The translations under genes and the position numbers were made by a program. Positions 24,801 to 39,800 of a stretch of 64,000 bases of DNA are shown here, one piece after another (position 1 is the stretch's first letter; each line of letters begins with the position of its first letter). Under the pieces are notes generated by a model that ran no database searches, was not told the origin of the DNA, and saw nothing but the letters and a program-made list of their open reading frames with translations. The DNA is from Eledone cirrhosa (lineage: Eukaryota): the NCBI GenBank assembly GCA_964016885.1, contig OZ024765.1, positions 7,750,001 through 7,814,000 of the forward strand, in the 5' to 3' direction.

Positions 24801-27800
24801 TTTTGCCTAAGTAAGACATACTCACAGAATGTATCGATGTATATATATATATTAGTATATTTTATGTTTACAATAAAAATAGACAAACAATTTAATGATA
24901 ATATGAAATGAAATTATTATTATTTATTAATAATATTTTTATTGTTTTCACTGCATTAACTTCTGAGTGTGACTTTGGTTTTCTTACTATTTTCTACTGT
25001 AAATGGCGGCTTAATTGGATTATTACTAAGGTTTACTGGATTGTGGTGTTTCTTTATTGTTTTATATTTCAATCAGTGGACATCAGGATAGCTTTCTATA
25101 TACCTGGGATAAATGTAAAGAGTACTGACTTTCATCTGCAGTTCAATGGTGATGTCTTCTTATATTTTCATTTACTTCTGCAATACTGTATATTGTAGTC
25201 TTTTCATTATTTTAAATATTTCTATCATGTCACTCGTTTGATATATCTCCCCGAAAGATATAGTTATTCACAGCTTTACATTGGAATAGTGTACTACTAT
25301 TTAAATATTAGTCCTTTAAATATATATTTCTATCATGTCCCCCCCCCCCCACCTTCTTAGATTTATCTCCTCTAAATTTGCAATCCCTAAAGTTTAACAT
25401 CTTTCTTCAGAAGACAGATTTCTTAATAATTCTGGTGTTTTCTGTTTTGTTCTTTTCTGGATTCCTTCAATAGCTTCTCCGTATTTTCTGAAGTCGTCTG
25501 ACCATGCCCCAAAACAATATTCTAGGTCGTATCACACATATCATTCAACTAGTGTTTTAGACTTCTCGACATTTAGCTTGGCAAAGGAATGTTTTATTAT
25601 TCCTATCATCTGAATTCCTTTTTTTTCTTCAACATGTTTAGCCATCTTTAAAATCATATTCATACATATTCACAATTCCTCGTGGAGGGGTATAAGAGAG
25701 ATGTATAAATATAGCTGCATATTACTACAAAATAACTTGAACCATATCGCGAAACATTTTGTAAAGTATCTCTGTAATTATTCTCATTTCGATTTTCTGG
25801 AGAATGTATTGACGTTTAAGATAGCGACAATTGCCCTTCTTCTAATAACCTCTTTGTCCATTCCATGTTTAGTCTCACAAAATATTGTTAATGCAAGATT
25901 TTACTCTAATGTAATAAATGTTACTTTTAAAAGACCGAAGTTCTCAATTTTCTTCTTTCTCTTGTATATTGATATCTAAAGGATGACAAATGTATAAATT
26001 ATGTGACAGGGAGGAAAAAAAAAAAGCCACGACCTTCTTCTCTCGTTACAGAAGGCTAACTGACAACGTCTTTCGCAGGAGTGACTAGTACTACTGCCTT
26101 TTATATACCGTGACAACTGGAAAGACGTGACAAATAAGGATACACTCTGCTCTCCTTATCAACATTGTCCGAGTCTGAGGACCTTTCCTCCCTGGTTAAG
26201 GAGTGAGATAAAATATTAGGGATCAATCTCTAGCAATAATTTTTATCTAATTATTATCAAACAAAACAGATTTATATATTGTCGCCGTTGTACGTTAAAA
26301 TCGCAAATATATTTATATACACACCAAGGATGGAGGGACGACGGAATTGAAAACAATTATTGCTGAGTACATCACGGCAAGATCTAATCTAATAGATACA
26401 CACACTCTCCCGTATATATTTAATAATCAGCTATGACCATGAAGAAGGTCCCTGTAGATCATCTGGTTGTAGGATCTAATGAACCCGAATGAAAGTGAAA
26501 ATATATTTTATGAAAGCCCCAGAAGAATAAATGTAAACATTGACTCGATTATAGTAGAAATAAGAATGAGAAAGCCATGAACGCCATCACATCTATTTTG
26601 CTTGGAAATTGAAAGTAGGTTTATAAATATAAATTTTTTCTTATGTTCTTGTATCTGTTTCGTTGGCCTAATGGTAGGTGTTAGAGACTATGTAGACACT
26701 GATGTGGTGTTCAATCTCAGTCCGAATCTGTACTATGTATTTTAAAATTTAAATTTTTCTCTAGCAAAGTAAAAAATGAAATTATTACCTATAGACTTTG
26801 ACTGAGATCGAAACTCAGAGCAGGTTCTCCACCGTCTCTAATACCTACCATTAGGCCACGGAGACAGATATAAAAACAGTGTGAAAATTAATATTTATAA
26901 AGTTACTTTTTTATTTTTGTTTTATACTATAAAAAATCTAATACGACACACTGCCAGTGATTGAACCCCGGACCTGGACCTCCACCGGCTCTTATACTTA
27001 CCACTAAGCTAAAGGGACGGTTACAGAAACTTACTGAAAATTAATATTTATAAACCTACTTTTTCATTACTAGAAAAAACCGGAAGTGGAGAAAATTGAA
27101 AAACATCTTCTTTTTCTTCCTCTGATTTTTTTTTTATCCAAAATTTGGATTTAAGTCAGAGACGAGTTATCGTTCGTGGCAAAAATCAGAGGAAGAAAAA
27201 GAAGAAGTTTTTCAATTTTCTCCACTTCCGGTTTTTTCTAGTATAGGTAAGTAAATATTAATTTTCAAAAAATTTTTGTAACCGTCCCTGTGGCCTAATG
27301 GTAAGCACTAGAGACGGTGGAGATCCTGATTTAGGGTTCGATTTCCGTTAGGTTTTATACTAATAACTGCGTATTTGTTTCTTTTATTAAGTAAGATTTG
27401 AACTAATAATGCTGTACTTTGTAGTAATGTCCCATATTATATTCAACATATTTTAATTAACATTTTTTTTTTTTATAAAAGAAAGAACAAAAAAACCTTA
27501 TTGAAATTAAGAAATGAATTTTATTCAGTAAAGTTGTTTATATTTTGTTTTCACTTCATTAACTGCTGAATACGTCTTTTGTTTTTGTTTTTGATTCTTT
27601 CTAACCATTGTTTACTGTGAATGGTGACTGCAACGAACCTGGATTATTACCAAGTTTCACTGGATGATTGTATTATTTTGTTGTCAGTGGACATCTGGAC
27701 ATCTATCTAAATACCTGGAATAAACACAAGGTGTGTGTTTTACGTAACATTTCATTTTAATGTCTGATGTTCCTGTATTTCACATTTAAAATGTAACCAA

Positions 27801-30800
27801 AAATAAACAAGACAGGGACGCTACATCAAAATAAACCACACAGACGAGGTACGAATAATCTAAAATTAATTTTAACAAACTATAAACGATGTTTAAAGAG
27901 AGACGAACATTAAAATAGGATTTCAAACAAACACGTAAACACAAAGACAATTACAGCCGCCATAATCTAATATCTGAAGATCAACATTTTTCACGATAGA
28001 AATAAAACTAAATATGTAAAGTTTAGTGGCCCCTGATTTACTTGCTTTTAATTTCATTTTGATAATCTGTATTGTATTCTGTAGACATATATTTATGATT
28101 TTAATGATGAAATTTCCTCTTGTCTTTAAAAGATTATTACTTATAAAAATTATAATAGTCACCTCCTCCTCTCGATTAATATGTAGCTTACCCACAGGGG
28201 TTCCTCAACTGGGCGGTTTCAACTGTTGGGTGGGCGATGAGCAGCTGAACAGAAAATTGAGGGCCATTGGAAACTTTGGTGGCCGATATAGAATTTTGAG
28301 ATTTAAGAAGGTATGCTACCCGAAAACCTATTCAAGGAATATATGCAAAGAACCTGAATAAAAATCAGGAAGCTAATTGGGAAAATTAAACCAGGAACAA
28401 ACATTTACGAAACATATTTGGTATACTTTGGAATATTTACTATACAGGTGGCTGGTGGAACATTTTTTCATGTGAATGTGGGAAATGACGCCAAAATATT
28501 TGGCAACCCTTGGCTTACACCTTACTAAATGTTCTGGAGACAAGCCTCTTAGCTATATATCATAGTTCTTCAATCCTTCATCTTCCACAGTTGGTGAAGT
28601 ATTTCGATTTGATATGACGATCGCAGAGTTAGATTTAGGACGTGGTGGCGTTCATGGGTTTCTTAGTGTTGTTACTAGAAAGGGTCGACTCTGTCTTTCA
28701 CACTTCAGGTTTTTTCATGAATTAAATATCCATTTTCTTTCTGATCGGTCTAACAATGATTTCAACCTACAATGACTCCGTCTGTAATAATGTTCTCTTA
28801 TTTGAAATATGCCATACCTAACTCCCGTGTGTGTGTGTGTGAAAAATATTCCAACTTAGAGCGACGTGCCCGTAAATTGTTTAGCCTGATTCCTATATAT
28901 AGATAATGTGTAATATTTGAACCTTCATGGAGGGTCTTTGCCGTAATTTCCCGTAACTCCGACTAGAAGTCATTATGTAGTTTTTTCGTCCGTTAAAAAT
29001 AATGATTAAAACAATTCTATATCCACAGTTATATACACCTCTTCATCACATATTATATTATTTCCACCAATAACTACATTATATCCTTAAATATGACACC
29101 AAGACATATAATTTGTAAATAAAAGATAAAATATTAAAACCTCAATTTTTAAATAATTTTACTCCACCTTTGTGTTCTCAGTGTTTAGATTAACCCATAA
29201 TTTTTATGATTTGGGAGCATATAACTTATAGTACCAGTCATGTACTGGGATCAATTTAACGGATTGGTTCCTCCCCGCAAATTACTTGACTTTTGCCTAA
29301 GTAAGACATGCTCACAGAATGTATCGATGTATATATATATATATTAGTATATTTTATGTTTACAATAAAAATAGACAAACAATTTAATGATAATATGAAA
29401 TGAAATTATTATTATTTATTAATAATATTTTTATTGTTTTCACTGCATTAACTTCTGAGTGTGACTTTGGTTTTCTTACTATTTTCTACTGTAAATGGCG
29501 GCTTAATTGGATTATTACTAAGGTTTACTGGATTGTGGTGTTTCTTTATTGTTTTATATTTCAATCAGTGGACATCAGGATAGCTTTCTATATACCTGGG
29601 ATAAATGTAAAGAGTACTGACTTTCATCTGCAGTTCAATGGTGATGTCTTCTTATATTTTCATTTACTTCTGCAATACTGTATATTGTAGTCTTTTCATT
29701 ATTTTAAATATTTCTATCATGTCACTCGTTTGATATATCTCCCCGAAAGATATAGTTATTCAGAGCTTTACATTGGAATAGTGTACTACTATTTAAATAT
29801 TAGTCCTTTAAATATATATTTCTATCATGTCCCCCCACCCGCACACCTTCTTAGATTTATCTCCTCTAAATTTGCAATCCCTAAAGTTTAACATCTTTCT
29901 TCAGAAGACAGATTTCTTAATAATTCTGGTGTTTTCTGTTTTGTTCTTTTCTGGATTCCTTCAATAGCTTCTCCGTATTTTCTGAAGTCGTCTGACCATG
30001 CCCCAAAACAATATTCTAGGTCGTATCACACATATCATTCAACTAGTGTTTTAGACTTCTCGACATTTAGCTTGGCAAAGGAATGTTTTATTATTCCTAT
30101 CATCTGAATTCCTTTTTTTTCTTCAACATGTTTAGCCATCTTTAAAATCATATTCATACATATTCACAATTCCTCGTGGAGGGGTATAAGAGACATGTAT
30201 AAATATAGCTGCATATTACTACAAAATAACTTGAACCATATCGCGAAACATTTTGTAAAGTATCTCTGTAATTATTCTCATTTCGATTTTCTGGAGAATG
30301 TATTGACGTTTAAGATAGAGACAATTGCCCTTCTTCTAATAACCTCTTTGTCCATTCCATGTTTAGTCTCACAAAATATTGTTAATGCAAGATTTTACTC
30401 TAATGTAATAAATGTTACTTTTAAAAGACCGAAGTTCTCAATTTTCTTCTTTCTCTTGTATATTGATATCTAAAGGATGACAAATGTATAAATTATGTGA
30501 TAGGGAGGAAAAAAAAAAGCCACGACCTTCTTCCCTCGTTACAGAAGGCTAACTGACAACGTCTTTCGCAGGAGTGACCAGTACTACTGCCTTTTATATA
30601 CCGTGACAACTGGAAAGACGTGACAAATAAGGATACACTCTGCTCTCCTTATCAACATTGTCCGAGTCTGAGGGCCTTTCCTCCCTGGTTAAGGAGTGAG
30701 ATAAAATATTAGGGATCAATCTCTAGCAATAATTTTTATCTAATTATTATCAAACAAAACAGATTTATATATTGTCGCCGTTGTACGTTAAAATCGCAAA

Positions 30801-33800
30801 TATATTTATATACACACCAAGGATGGAGGGACGACGGAATTGAAAACAATTATTGCTGAGTACATCACGGCAAGATCTAATCTAATAGATACACACACTC
30901 TCCCGTATATATTTAATAATCAGCTATGACCATGAAGAAGGTCCCTGTAGATCATCTGGTTGTAGGATCTAATGAACCCGAATGAAAGTGAAAATATATT
31001 TTATGAAAGCCCCAGAAGAATAAATGTAAACATTGACTCGATTATAGTAGAAATAAGAATGAGAAAGCCATGAACGCCATCACATCTATTTTGCTTGGAA
31101 ATTGAAAGTAGGTTTATAAATATAAATTTTTTCTTATGATCTTGTATCTGTTTCGTTGGCCTAATGGTAGGTGTTAGAGACTATGTAGACACTGATGTGG
31201 TGTTCAATCTCAGTCCGAATCTGTACTATGTATTTTAAAATTTAAATTTTTCTCTAGCAAAGTAAAAAATGAAATTATTACCTATAGACTTTGACTGAGA
31301 TCGAAACTCAGAGCAGGTTCTCCACCGTCTCTAATACCTACCATTAGGCCACGGAGACAGATATAAAAACAGTGTGAAAATTAATATTTATAAAGTTACT
31401 TTTTTATTTTTGTTTTATACTATAAAAAATCTAATACGACACACTGCCAGTGATTGAACCCCGGACCTGGACCTCCACCGGCTCTTATACTTACCACTAA
31501 GCTAAAGGGACGGTTACAGAAACTTACTGAAAATTAATATTTATAAACCTACTTTTTCATTACTAGAAAAAACCGGAAGTGGAGAAAATTGAAAAACATC
31601 TTCTTTTTCTTCCTCTGATTTTTTTTTATCCAAAATTTGGATTTAAGTCAGAGACGAGTTATCGTTCGTGGCAAAAATCAGAGGAAGAAAAAGAAGAAGT
31701 TTTTCAATTTTCTCCACTTCCGGTTTTTTCTAGTATAGGTAAGTAAATATTAATTTTCAAAAAATTTTTGTAGCCGTCCCTGTGGCCTAATGGTAAGCAC
31801 TAGAGACGGTGGAGATCCTGATTTAGGGTTCGATTTCCCTTAGGTTTTATACTAATAACTGCGTATTTGTTTCTTTTATTAAGTAAGATTTGAACTAATA
31901 ATGCTGTAGTTTGTAGTAATGTCCCATATTATATTCAACATATTTTAATTAACATTTTTTTTTTTTATAAAAGAAAGAACAAAAAACCTTATTGAAATTA
32001 AGAAATGAATTTTATTCAGTAAAGTTGTTTTTATTTTGTTTTCACTTCATTAACTGCTGAATACGTCTTTTGTTTTTGTTTTTGATTCTTTCTAACCATT
32101 GTTTACTGTGAATGGTGACTGCAACGAACCTGGATTATTACCAAGTTTCACTGGATGATTGTATTATTTTGTTGTCAGTGGACATCTGGACATCTATCTA
32201 AATACCTGGAATAAACACAAGGTGTGTGTTTTACGTAACATTTCATTTTAATGTCTGATGTTCCTGTATTTCACATTTAAAATGTAACCAAAAATAAACA
32301 AGACAGGGACGCTACATCAAAATAAACCACACAGACGAGGTACGAATAATCTAAAATTAATTTTAACAAACTATAAACGATGTTTAAAGAGAGACGAACA
32401 TTAAAATAGGATTTCAAACAAACACGTAAACACAAAGACAATTACAGCCGCCATAATCTAATATCTGAAGATCAACATTTTTCACGATAGAAATAAAACT
32501 AAATATGTAAAGTTTAGTGGCCCCTGATTTACTTGCTTTTAATTTCATTTTGATAATCTGTATTGTATTCTGTAGACATATATTTATGATTTTAATGATG
32601 AAATTTCCTCTTGTCTTTAAAAGATTATTACTTATAAAAATTATAATAGTCACCTCCTCCTCTCGATTAATATGTAGCTTACCCACAGGGGTTCCTCAAC
32701 TGGGCGGTTTCAACTGTTGGGTGGGCGATGAGCAGCTGAACAGAAAATTGAGGGCCATTGGAAACTTTGGTGGCCGATATAGAATTTTGAGATTTAAGAA
32801 GGTATGCTACCCGAAAACCTATTCAAGGAATATATGCAAAGAACCTGAATAAAAATCAGGAAGCTAATTGGGAAAATTAAACCAGGAACAAACATTTACG
32901 AAACATATTTGGTATACTTTGGAATATTTACTATACAGGTGGCTGGTGGAACATTTTTTCATGTGAATGTGGGAAATGACGCCAAAATATTTGGCAACCC
33001 TTGGCTTACACCTTACTAAATGTTCTGGAGACAAGCCTCTTAGCTATATATCATAGTTCTTCAATCCTTCATCTTCCACAGTTGGTGAAGTATTTCGATT
33101 TGATATGACGATCGCAGAGTTAGATTTAGGACGTGGTGGCGTTCATGGGTTTCTTAGTGTTGTTACTAGAAAGGGTCGACTCTGTCTTTCACACTTCAGG
33201 TTTTTTCATGAATTAAATATCCATTTTCTTTCTGATCGGTCTAACAATGACTCCGTCTGTAATAATGTTCTCTTATTTGAAATATGCCATACCTAACTCC
33301 CGTGTGTGTGTGTGTGAAAAATATTCCAACTTAGAGCGACGTGCCCGTAAATTGTTTAGCCTGATTCCTATATATAGATAATGTGTAATATTTGAACCTT
33401 CATGGAGGGTCTTTGCCGTAATTTCCCGTAACTCCGACTAGAAGTCATTATGTAGTTTTTTCGTCCGTTAAAAATAATGATTAAAACAATTCTATATCCA
33501 CAGTTATATACACCTCTTCATCACATATTATATTATTTCCACCAATAACTACATTATATCCTTAAATATGACACCAAGACATATAATTTGTAAATAAAAG
33601 ATAAAATATTAAAACCTCAATTTTTAAATAATTTTACTCCACCTTTGTGTTCTCAGTGTTTAGATTAACCCATAATTTTTATGATTTGGGAGCATATAAC
33701 TTATAGTACCAGTCATGTACTGGGATCAATTTAACGGATTGGTTCCTCCCCGCAAATTACTTGACTTTTGCCTAAGTAAGACATGCTCACAGAATGTATC

Positions 33801-36800
33801 GATGTATATATATATATATTAGTATATTTTATGTTTACAATAAAAATAGACAAACAATTTAATGATAATATGAAATGAAATTATTATTATTTATTAATAA
33901 TATTTTTATTGTTTTCACTGCATTAACTTCTGAGTGTGACTTTGGTTTTCTTACTATTTTCTACTGTAAATGGCGGCTTAATTGGATTATTACTAAGGTT
34001 TACTGGATTGTGGTGTTTCTTTATTGTTTTATATTTCAATCAGTGGACATCAGGATAGCTTTCTATATACCTGGGATAAATGTAAAGAGTACTGACTTTC
34101 ATCTGCAGTTCAATGGTGATGTGTTCTTATATTTTCATTTACTTCTGCAATACTGTATATTGTAGTCTTTTCATTATTTTAAATATTTCTATCATGTCAC
34201 TCGTTTGATATATCTCCCCGAAAGATATAGTTATTCAGAGCTTTACATTGAAATAGTGTACTACTATTTCAATATTAGTCCTTTAAATATATATTTCTAT
34301 CATGTCCCCCCACCCCCACACCTTCTTAGATTTATCTCCTCTAAATTTGCAATCCCTAAAGTTTAACATCTTTCTTCAGAAGACAGATTTCTTAATAATT
34401 CTGGTGTTTTCTGTTTTGTTCTTTTCTGGATTCCTTCAATAGCTTCTCCGTATTTTCTGAAGTCGTCTGACCATGCCCCAAAACAATATTCTAGGTCGTA
34501 TCACACATATCATTCAACTAGTGTTTTAGACTTCTCGACATTTAGCTTGGCAAAGGAATGTTTTATTATTCCTATCATCTGAATTCCTTTTTTTTCTTCA
34601 ACATGTTTAGCCATCTTTAAAATCATATTCATACATATTCACAATTCCTCGTGGAGGGGTATAAGAGACATGTATAAATATAGCTGCATATTACTACAAA
34701 ATAACTTGAACCATATCGCGAAACATTTTGTAAAGTATCTCTGTAATTATTCTCATTTCGATTTTCTGGAGAATGTATTGACGTTTAAGATAGAGACAAT
34801 TGCCCTTCTTCTAATAACCTCTTTGTCCATTCCATGTTTAGTCTCACAAAATATTGTTAATGCAAGATTTTACTCTAATGTAATAAATGTTACTTTTAAA
34901 AGACCGAAGTTCTCAATTTTCTTCTTTCTCTTGTATATTGATATCTAAAGGATGACAAATGTATAAATTATGTGATAGGGAGGAAAAAAAAAAGCCACGA
35001 CCTTCTTCCCTCGTTACAGAAGGCTAACTGACAACGTCTTTCGCAGGAGTGACCAGTACTACTGCCTTTTATATACCGTGACAACTGGAAAGACGTGACA
35101 AATAAGGATACACTCTGCTCTCCTTATCAACATTGTCCGAGTCTGAGGGCCTTTCCTCCCTGGTTAAGGAGTGAGATAAAATATTAGGGATCAATCTCTA
35201 GCAATAATTTTTATCTAATTATTATCAAACAAAACAGATTTATATATTGTCGCCGTTGTACGTTAAAATCGCAAATATATTTATATACACACCAAGGATG
35301 GAGGGACGACGGAATTGAAAACAATTATTGCTGAGTACATCACGGCAAGATCTAATCTAATAGATACACACACTCTCCCGTATATATTTAATAATCAGCT
35401 ATGACCATGAAGAAGGTCCCTGTAGATCATCTGGTTGTAGGATCTAATGAACCCGAATGAAAGTGAAAATATATTTTATGAAAGCCCCAGAAGAATAAAT
35501 GTAAACATTGACTCGATTATAGTAGAAATAAGAATGAGAAAGCCATGAACGCCATCACATCTATTTTGCTTGGAAATTGAAAGTAGGTTTATAAATATAA
35601 ATTTTTTCTTATGTTCTTGTATCTGTTTCGTTGGCCTAATGGTAGGTGTTAGAGACTGATGTGGTGTTCAATCTCAGTCCGAATCTGTACTATATATTTT
35701 AAAATTTAAATTTTTCTCTAGCAAAGTAAAAAATGAAATTATTACCTATAGACTTTGACTGAGATCGAAACTCAGAGCAGGTTCTCCACCGTCTCTAATA
35801 CCTACCATTAGGCCACGGAGACAGATATAAAAACAGTGTGAAAATTAATATTTATAAAGTTACTTTTTTATTTTTGTTTTATACTATAAAAAATCTAATA
35901 CGACACACTGCCAGTGATTGAACCCCGGACCTGGACCTCCACCGGCTCTTATACTTACCACTAAGCTAAAGGGACGGTTACAGAAACTTACTGAAAATTA
36001 ATATTTATAAACCTACTTTTTCATTACTAGAAAAAACCGGAAGTGGAGAAAATTGAAAAACATCTTCTTTTTCTTCCTCTGATTTTTTTTTATCCAAAAT
36101 TTGGATTTAAGTCAGAGACGAGTTATCGTTCGTGGCAAAAATCAGAGGAAGAAAAAGAAGAAGTTTTTCAATTTTCTCCACTTCCGGTTTTTTCTAGTAT
36201 AGGTAAGTAAATATTAATTTTCAAAAAATTTTTGTAGCCGTCCCTGTGGCCTAATGGTAAGCACTAGAGACGGTGGAGATCCTGATTTAGGGTTCGATTT
36301 CCCTTAGGTTTTATACTAATAACTGCGTATTTGTTTCTTTTATTAAGTAAGATTTGAACTAATAATGCTGTAGTTTGTAGTAATGTCCCATATTATATTC
36401 AACATATTTTAATTAACATTTTTTTTTTTTATAAAAGAAAGAACAAAAAACCTTATTGAAATTAAGAAATGAATTTTATTCAGTAAAGTTGTTTTTATTT
36501 TGTTTTCACTTCATTAACTGCTGAATACGTCTTTTGTTTTTGTTTTTGATTCTTTCTAACCATTGTTTACTGTGAATGGTGACTGCAACGAACCTGGATT
36601 ATTACCAAGTTTCACTGGATGATTGTATTATTTTGTTGTCAGTGGACATCTGGACATCTATCTAAATACCTGGAATAAACACAAGGTGTGTGTTTTACGT
36701 AACATTTCATTTTAATGTCTGATGTTCCTGTATTTCACATTTAAAATGTAACCAAAAATAAACAAGACAGGGACGCTACATCAAAATAAACCACACAGAC

Positions 36801-39800
36801 GAGGTACGAATAATCTAAAATTAATTTTAACAAACTATAAACGATGTTTAAAGAGAGACGAACATTAAAATAGGATTTCAAACAAACACGTAAACACAAA
36901 GACAATTACAGCCGCCATAATCTAATATCTGAAGATCAACATTTTTCACGATAGAAATAAAACTAAATATGTAAAGTTTAGTGGCCCCTGATTTACTTGC
37001 TTTTAATTTCATTTTGATAATCTGTATTGTATTCTGTAGACATATATTTATGATTTTAATGATGAAATTTCCTCTTGTCTTTAAAAGATTATTACTTATA
37101 AAAATTATAATAGTCACCTCCTCCTCTCGATTAATATGTAGCTTACCCACAGGGGTTCCTCAACTGGGCGGTTTCAACTGTTGGGTGGGCGATGAGCAGC
37201 TGAACAGAAAATTGAGGGCCATTGGAAACTTTGGTGGCCGATATAGAATTTTGAGATTTAAGAAGGTATGCTACCCGAAAACCTATTCAAGGAATATATG
37301 CAAAGAACCTGAATAAAAATCAGGAAGCTAATTGGGAAAATTAAACCAGGAACAAACATTTACGAAACATATTTGGTATACTTTGGAATATTTACTATAC
37401 AGGTGGCTGGTGGAACATTTTTTCATGTGAATGTGGGAAATGACGCCAAAATATTTGGCAACCCTTGGCTTACACCTTACTAAATGTTCTGGAGACAAGC
37501 CTCTTAGCTATATATCATAGTTCTTCAATCCTTCATCTTCCACAGTTGGTGAAGTATTTCGATTTGATATGACGATCGCAGAGTTAGATTTAGGACGTGG
37601 TGGCGTTCATGGGTTTCTTAGTGTTGTTACTAGAAAGGGTCGACTCTGTCTTTCACACTTCAGGTTTTTTCATGAATTAAATATCCATTTTCTTTCTGAT
37701 CGGTCTAACAATGACTCCGTCTGTAATAATGTTCTCTTATTTGAAATATGCCATACCTAACTCCCGTGTGTGTGTGTGTGAAAAATATTCCAACTTAGAG
37801 CGACGTGCCCGTAAATTGTTTAGCCTGATTCCTATATATAGATAATGTGTAATATTTGAACCTTCATGGAGGGTCTTTGCCGTAATTTCCCGTAACTCCG
37901 ACTAGAAGTCATTATGTAGTTTTTTCGTCCGTTAAAAATAATGATTAAAACAATTCTATATCCACAGTTATATACACCTCTTCATCACATATTATATTAT
38001 TTCCACCAATAACTACATTATATCCTTAAATATGACACCAAGACATATAATTTGTAAATAAAAGATAAAATATTAAAACCTCAATTTTTAAATAATTTTA
38101 CTCCACCTTTGTGTTCTCAGTGTTTAGATTAACCCATAATTTTTATGATTTGGGAGCATATAACTTATAGTACCAGTCATGTACTGGGATCAATTTAACG
38201 GATTGGTTCCTCCCCGCAAATTACTTGACTTTTGCCTAAGTAAGACATGCTCACAGAATGTATCGATGTATATATATATATATTAGTATATTTTATGTTT
38301 ACAATAAAAATAGACAAACAATTTAATGATAATATGAAATGAAATTATTATTATTTATTAATAATATTTTTATTGTTTTCACTGCATTAACTTCTGAGTG
38401 TGACTTTGGTTTTCTTACTATTTTCTACTGTAAATGGCGGCTTAATTGGATTATTACTAAGGTTTACTGGATTGTGGTGTTTCTTTATTGTTTTATATTT
38501 CAATCAGTGGACATCAGGATAGCTTTCTATATACCTGGGATAAATGTAAAGAGTACTGACTTTCATCTGCAGTTCAATGGTGATGTGTTCTTATATTTTC
38601 ATTTACTTCTGCAATACTGTATATTGTAGTCTTTTCATTATTTTAAATATTTCTATCATGTCACTCGTTTGATATATCTCCCCGAAAGATATAGTTATTC
38701 AGAGCTTTACATTGAAATAGTGTACTACTATTTCAATATTAGTCCTTTAAATATATATTTCTATCATGTCCCCCCACCCCCACACCTTCTTAGATTTATC
38801 TCCTCTAAATTTGCAATCCCTAAAGTTTAACATCTTTCTTCAGAAGACAGATTTCTTAATAATTCTGGTGTTTTCTGTTTTGTTCTTTTCTGGATTCCTT
38901 CAATAGCTTCTCCGTATTTTCTGAAGTCGTCTGACCATGCCCCAAAACAATATTCTAGGTCGTATCACACATATCATTCAACTAGTGTTTTAGACTTCTC
39001 GACATTTAGCTTGGCAAAGGAATGTTTTATTATTCCTATCATCTGAATTCCTTTTTTTTCTTCAACATGTTTAGCCATCTTTAAAATCATATTCATACAT
39101 ATTCACAATTCCTCGTGGAGGGGTATAAGAGACATGTATAAATATAGCTGCATATTACTACAAAATAACTTGAACCATATCGCGAAACATTTTGTAAAGT
39201 ATCTCTGTAATTATTCTCATTTCGATTTTCTGGAGAATGTATTGACGTTTAAGATAGAGACAATTGCCCTTCTTCTAATAACCTCTTTGTCCATTCCATG
39301 TTTAGTCTCACAAAATATTGTTAATGCAAGATTTTACTCTAATGTAATAAATGTTACTTTTAAAAGACCGAAGTTCTCAATTTTCTTCTTTCTCTTGTAT
39401 ATTGATATCTAAAGGATGACAAATGTATAAATTATGTGATAGGGAGGAAAAAAAAAAGCCACGACCTTCTTCCCTCGTTACAGAAGGCTAACTGACAACG
39501 TCTTTCGCAGGAGTGACCAGTACTACTGCCTTTTATATACCGTGACAACTGGAAAGACGTGACAAATAAGGATACACTCTGCTCTCCTTATCAACATTGT
39601 CCGAGTCTGAGGGCCTTTCCTCCCTGGTTAAGGAGTGAGATAAAATATTAGGGATCAATCTCTAGCAATAATTTTTATCTAATTATTATCAAACAAAACA
39701 GATTTATATATTGTCGCCGTTGTACGTTAAAATCGCAAATATATTTATATACACACCAAGGATGGAGGGACGACGGAATTGAAAACAATTATTGCTGAGT

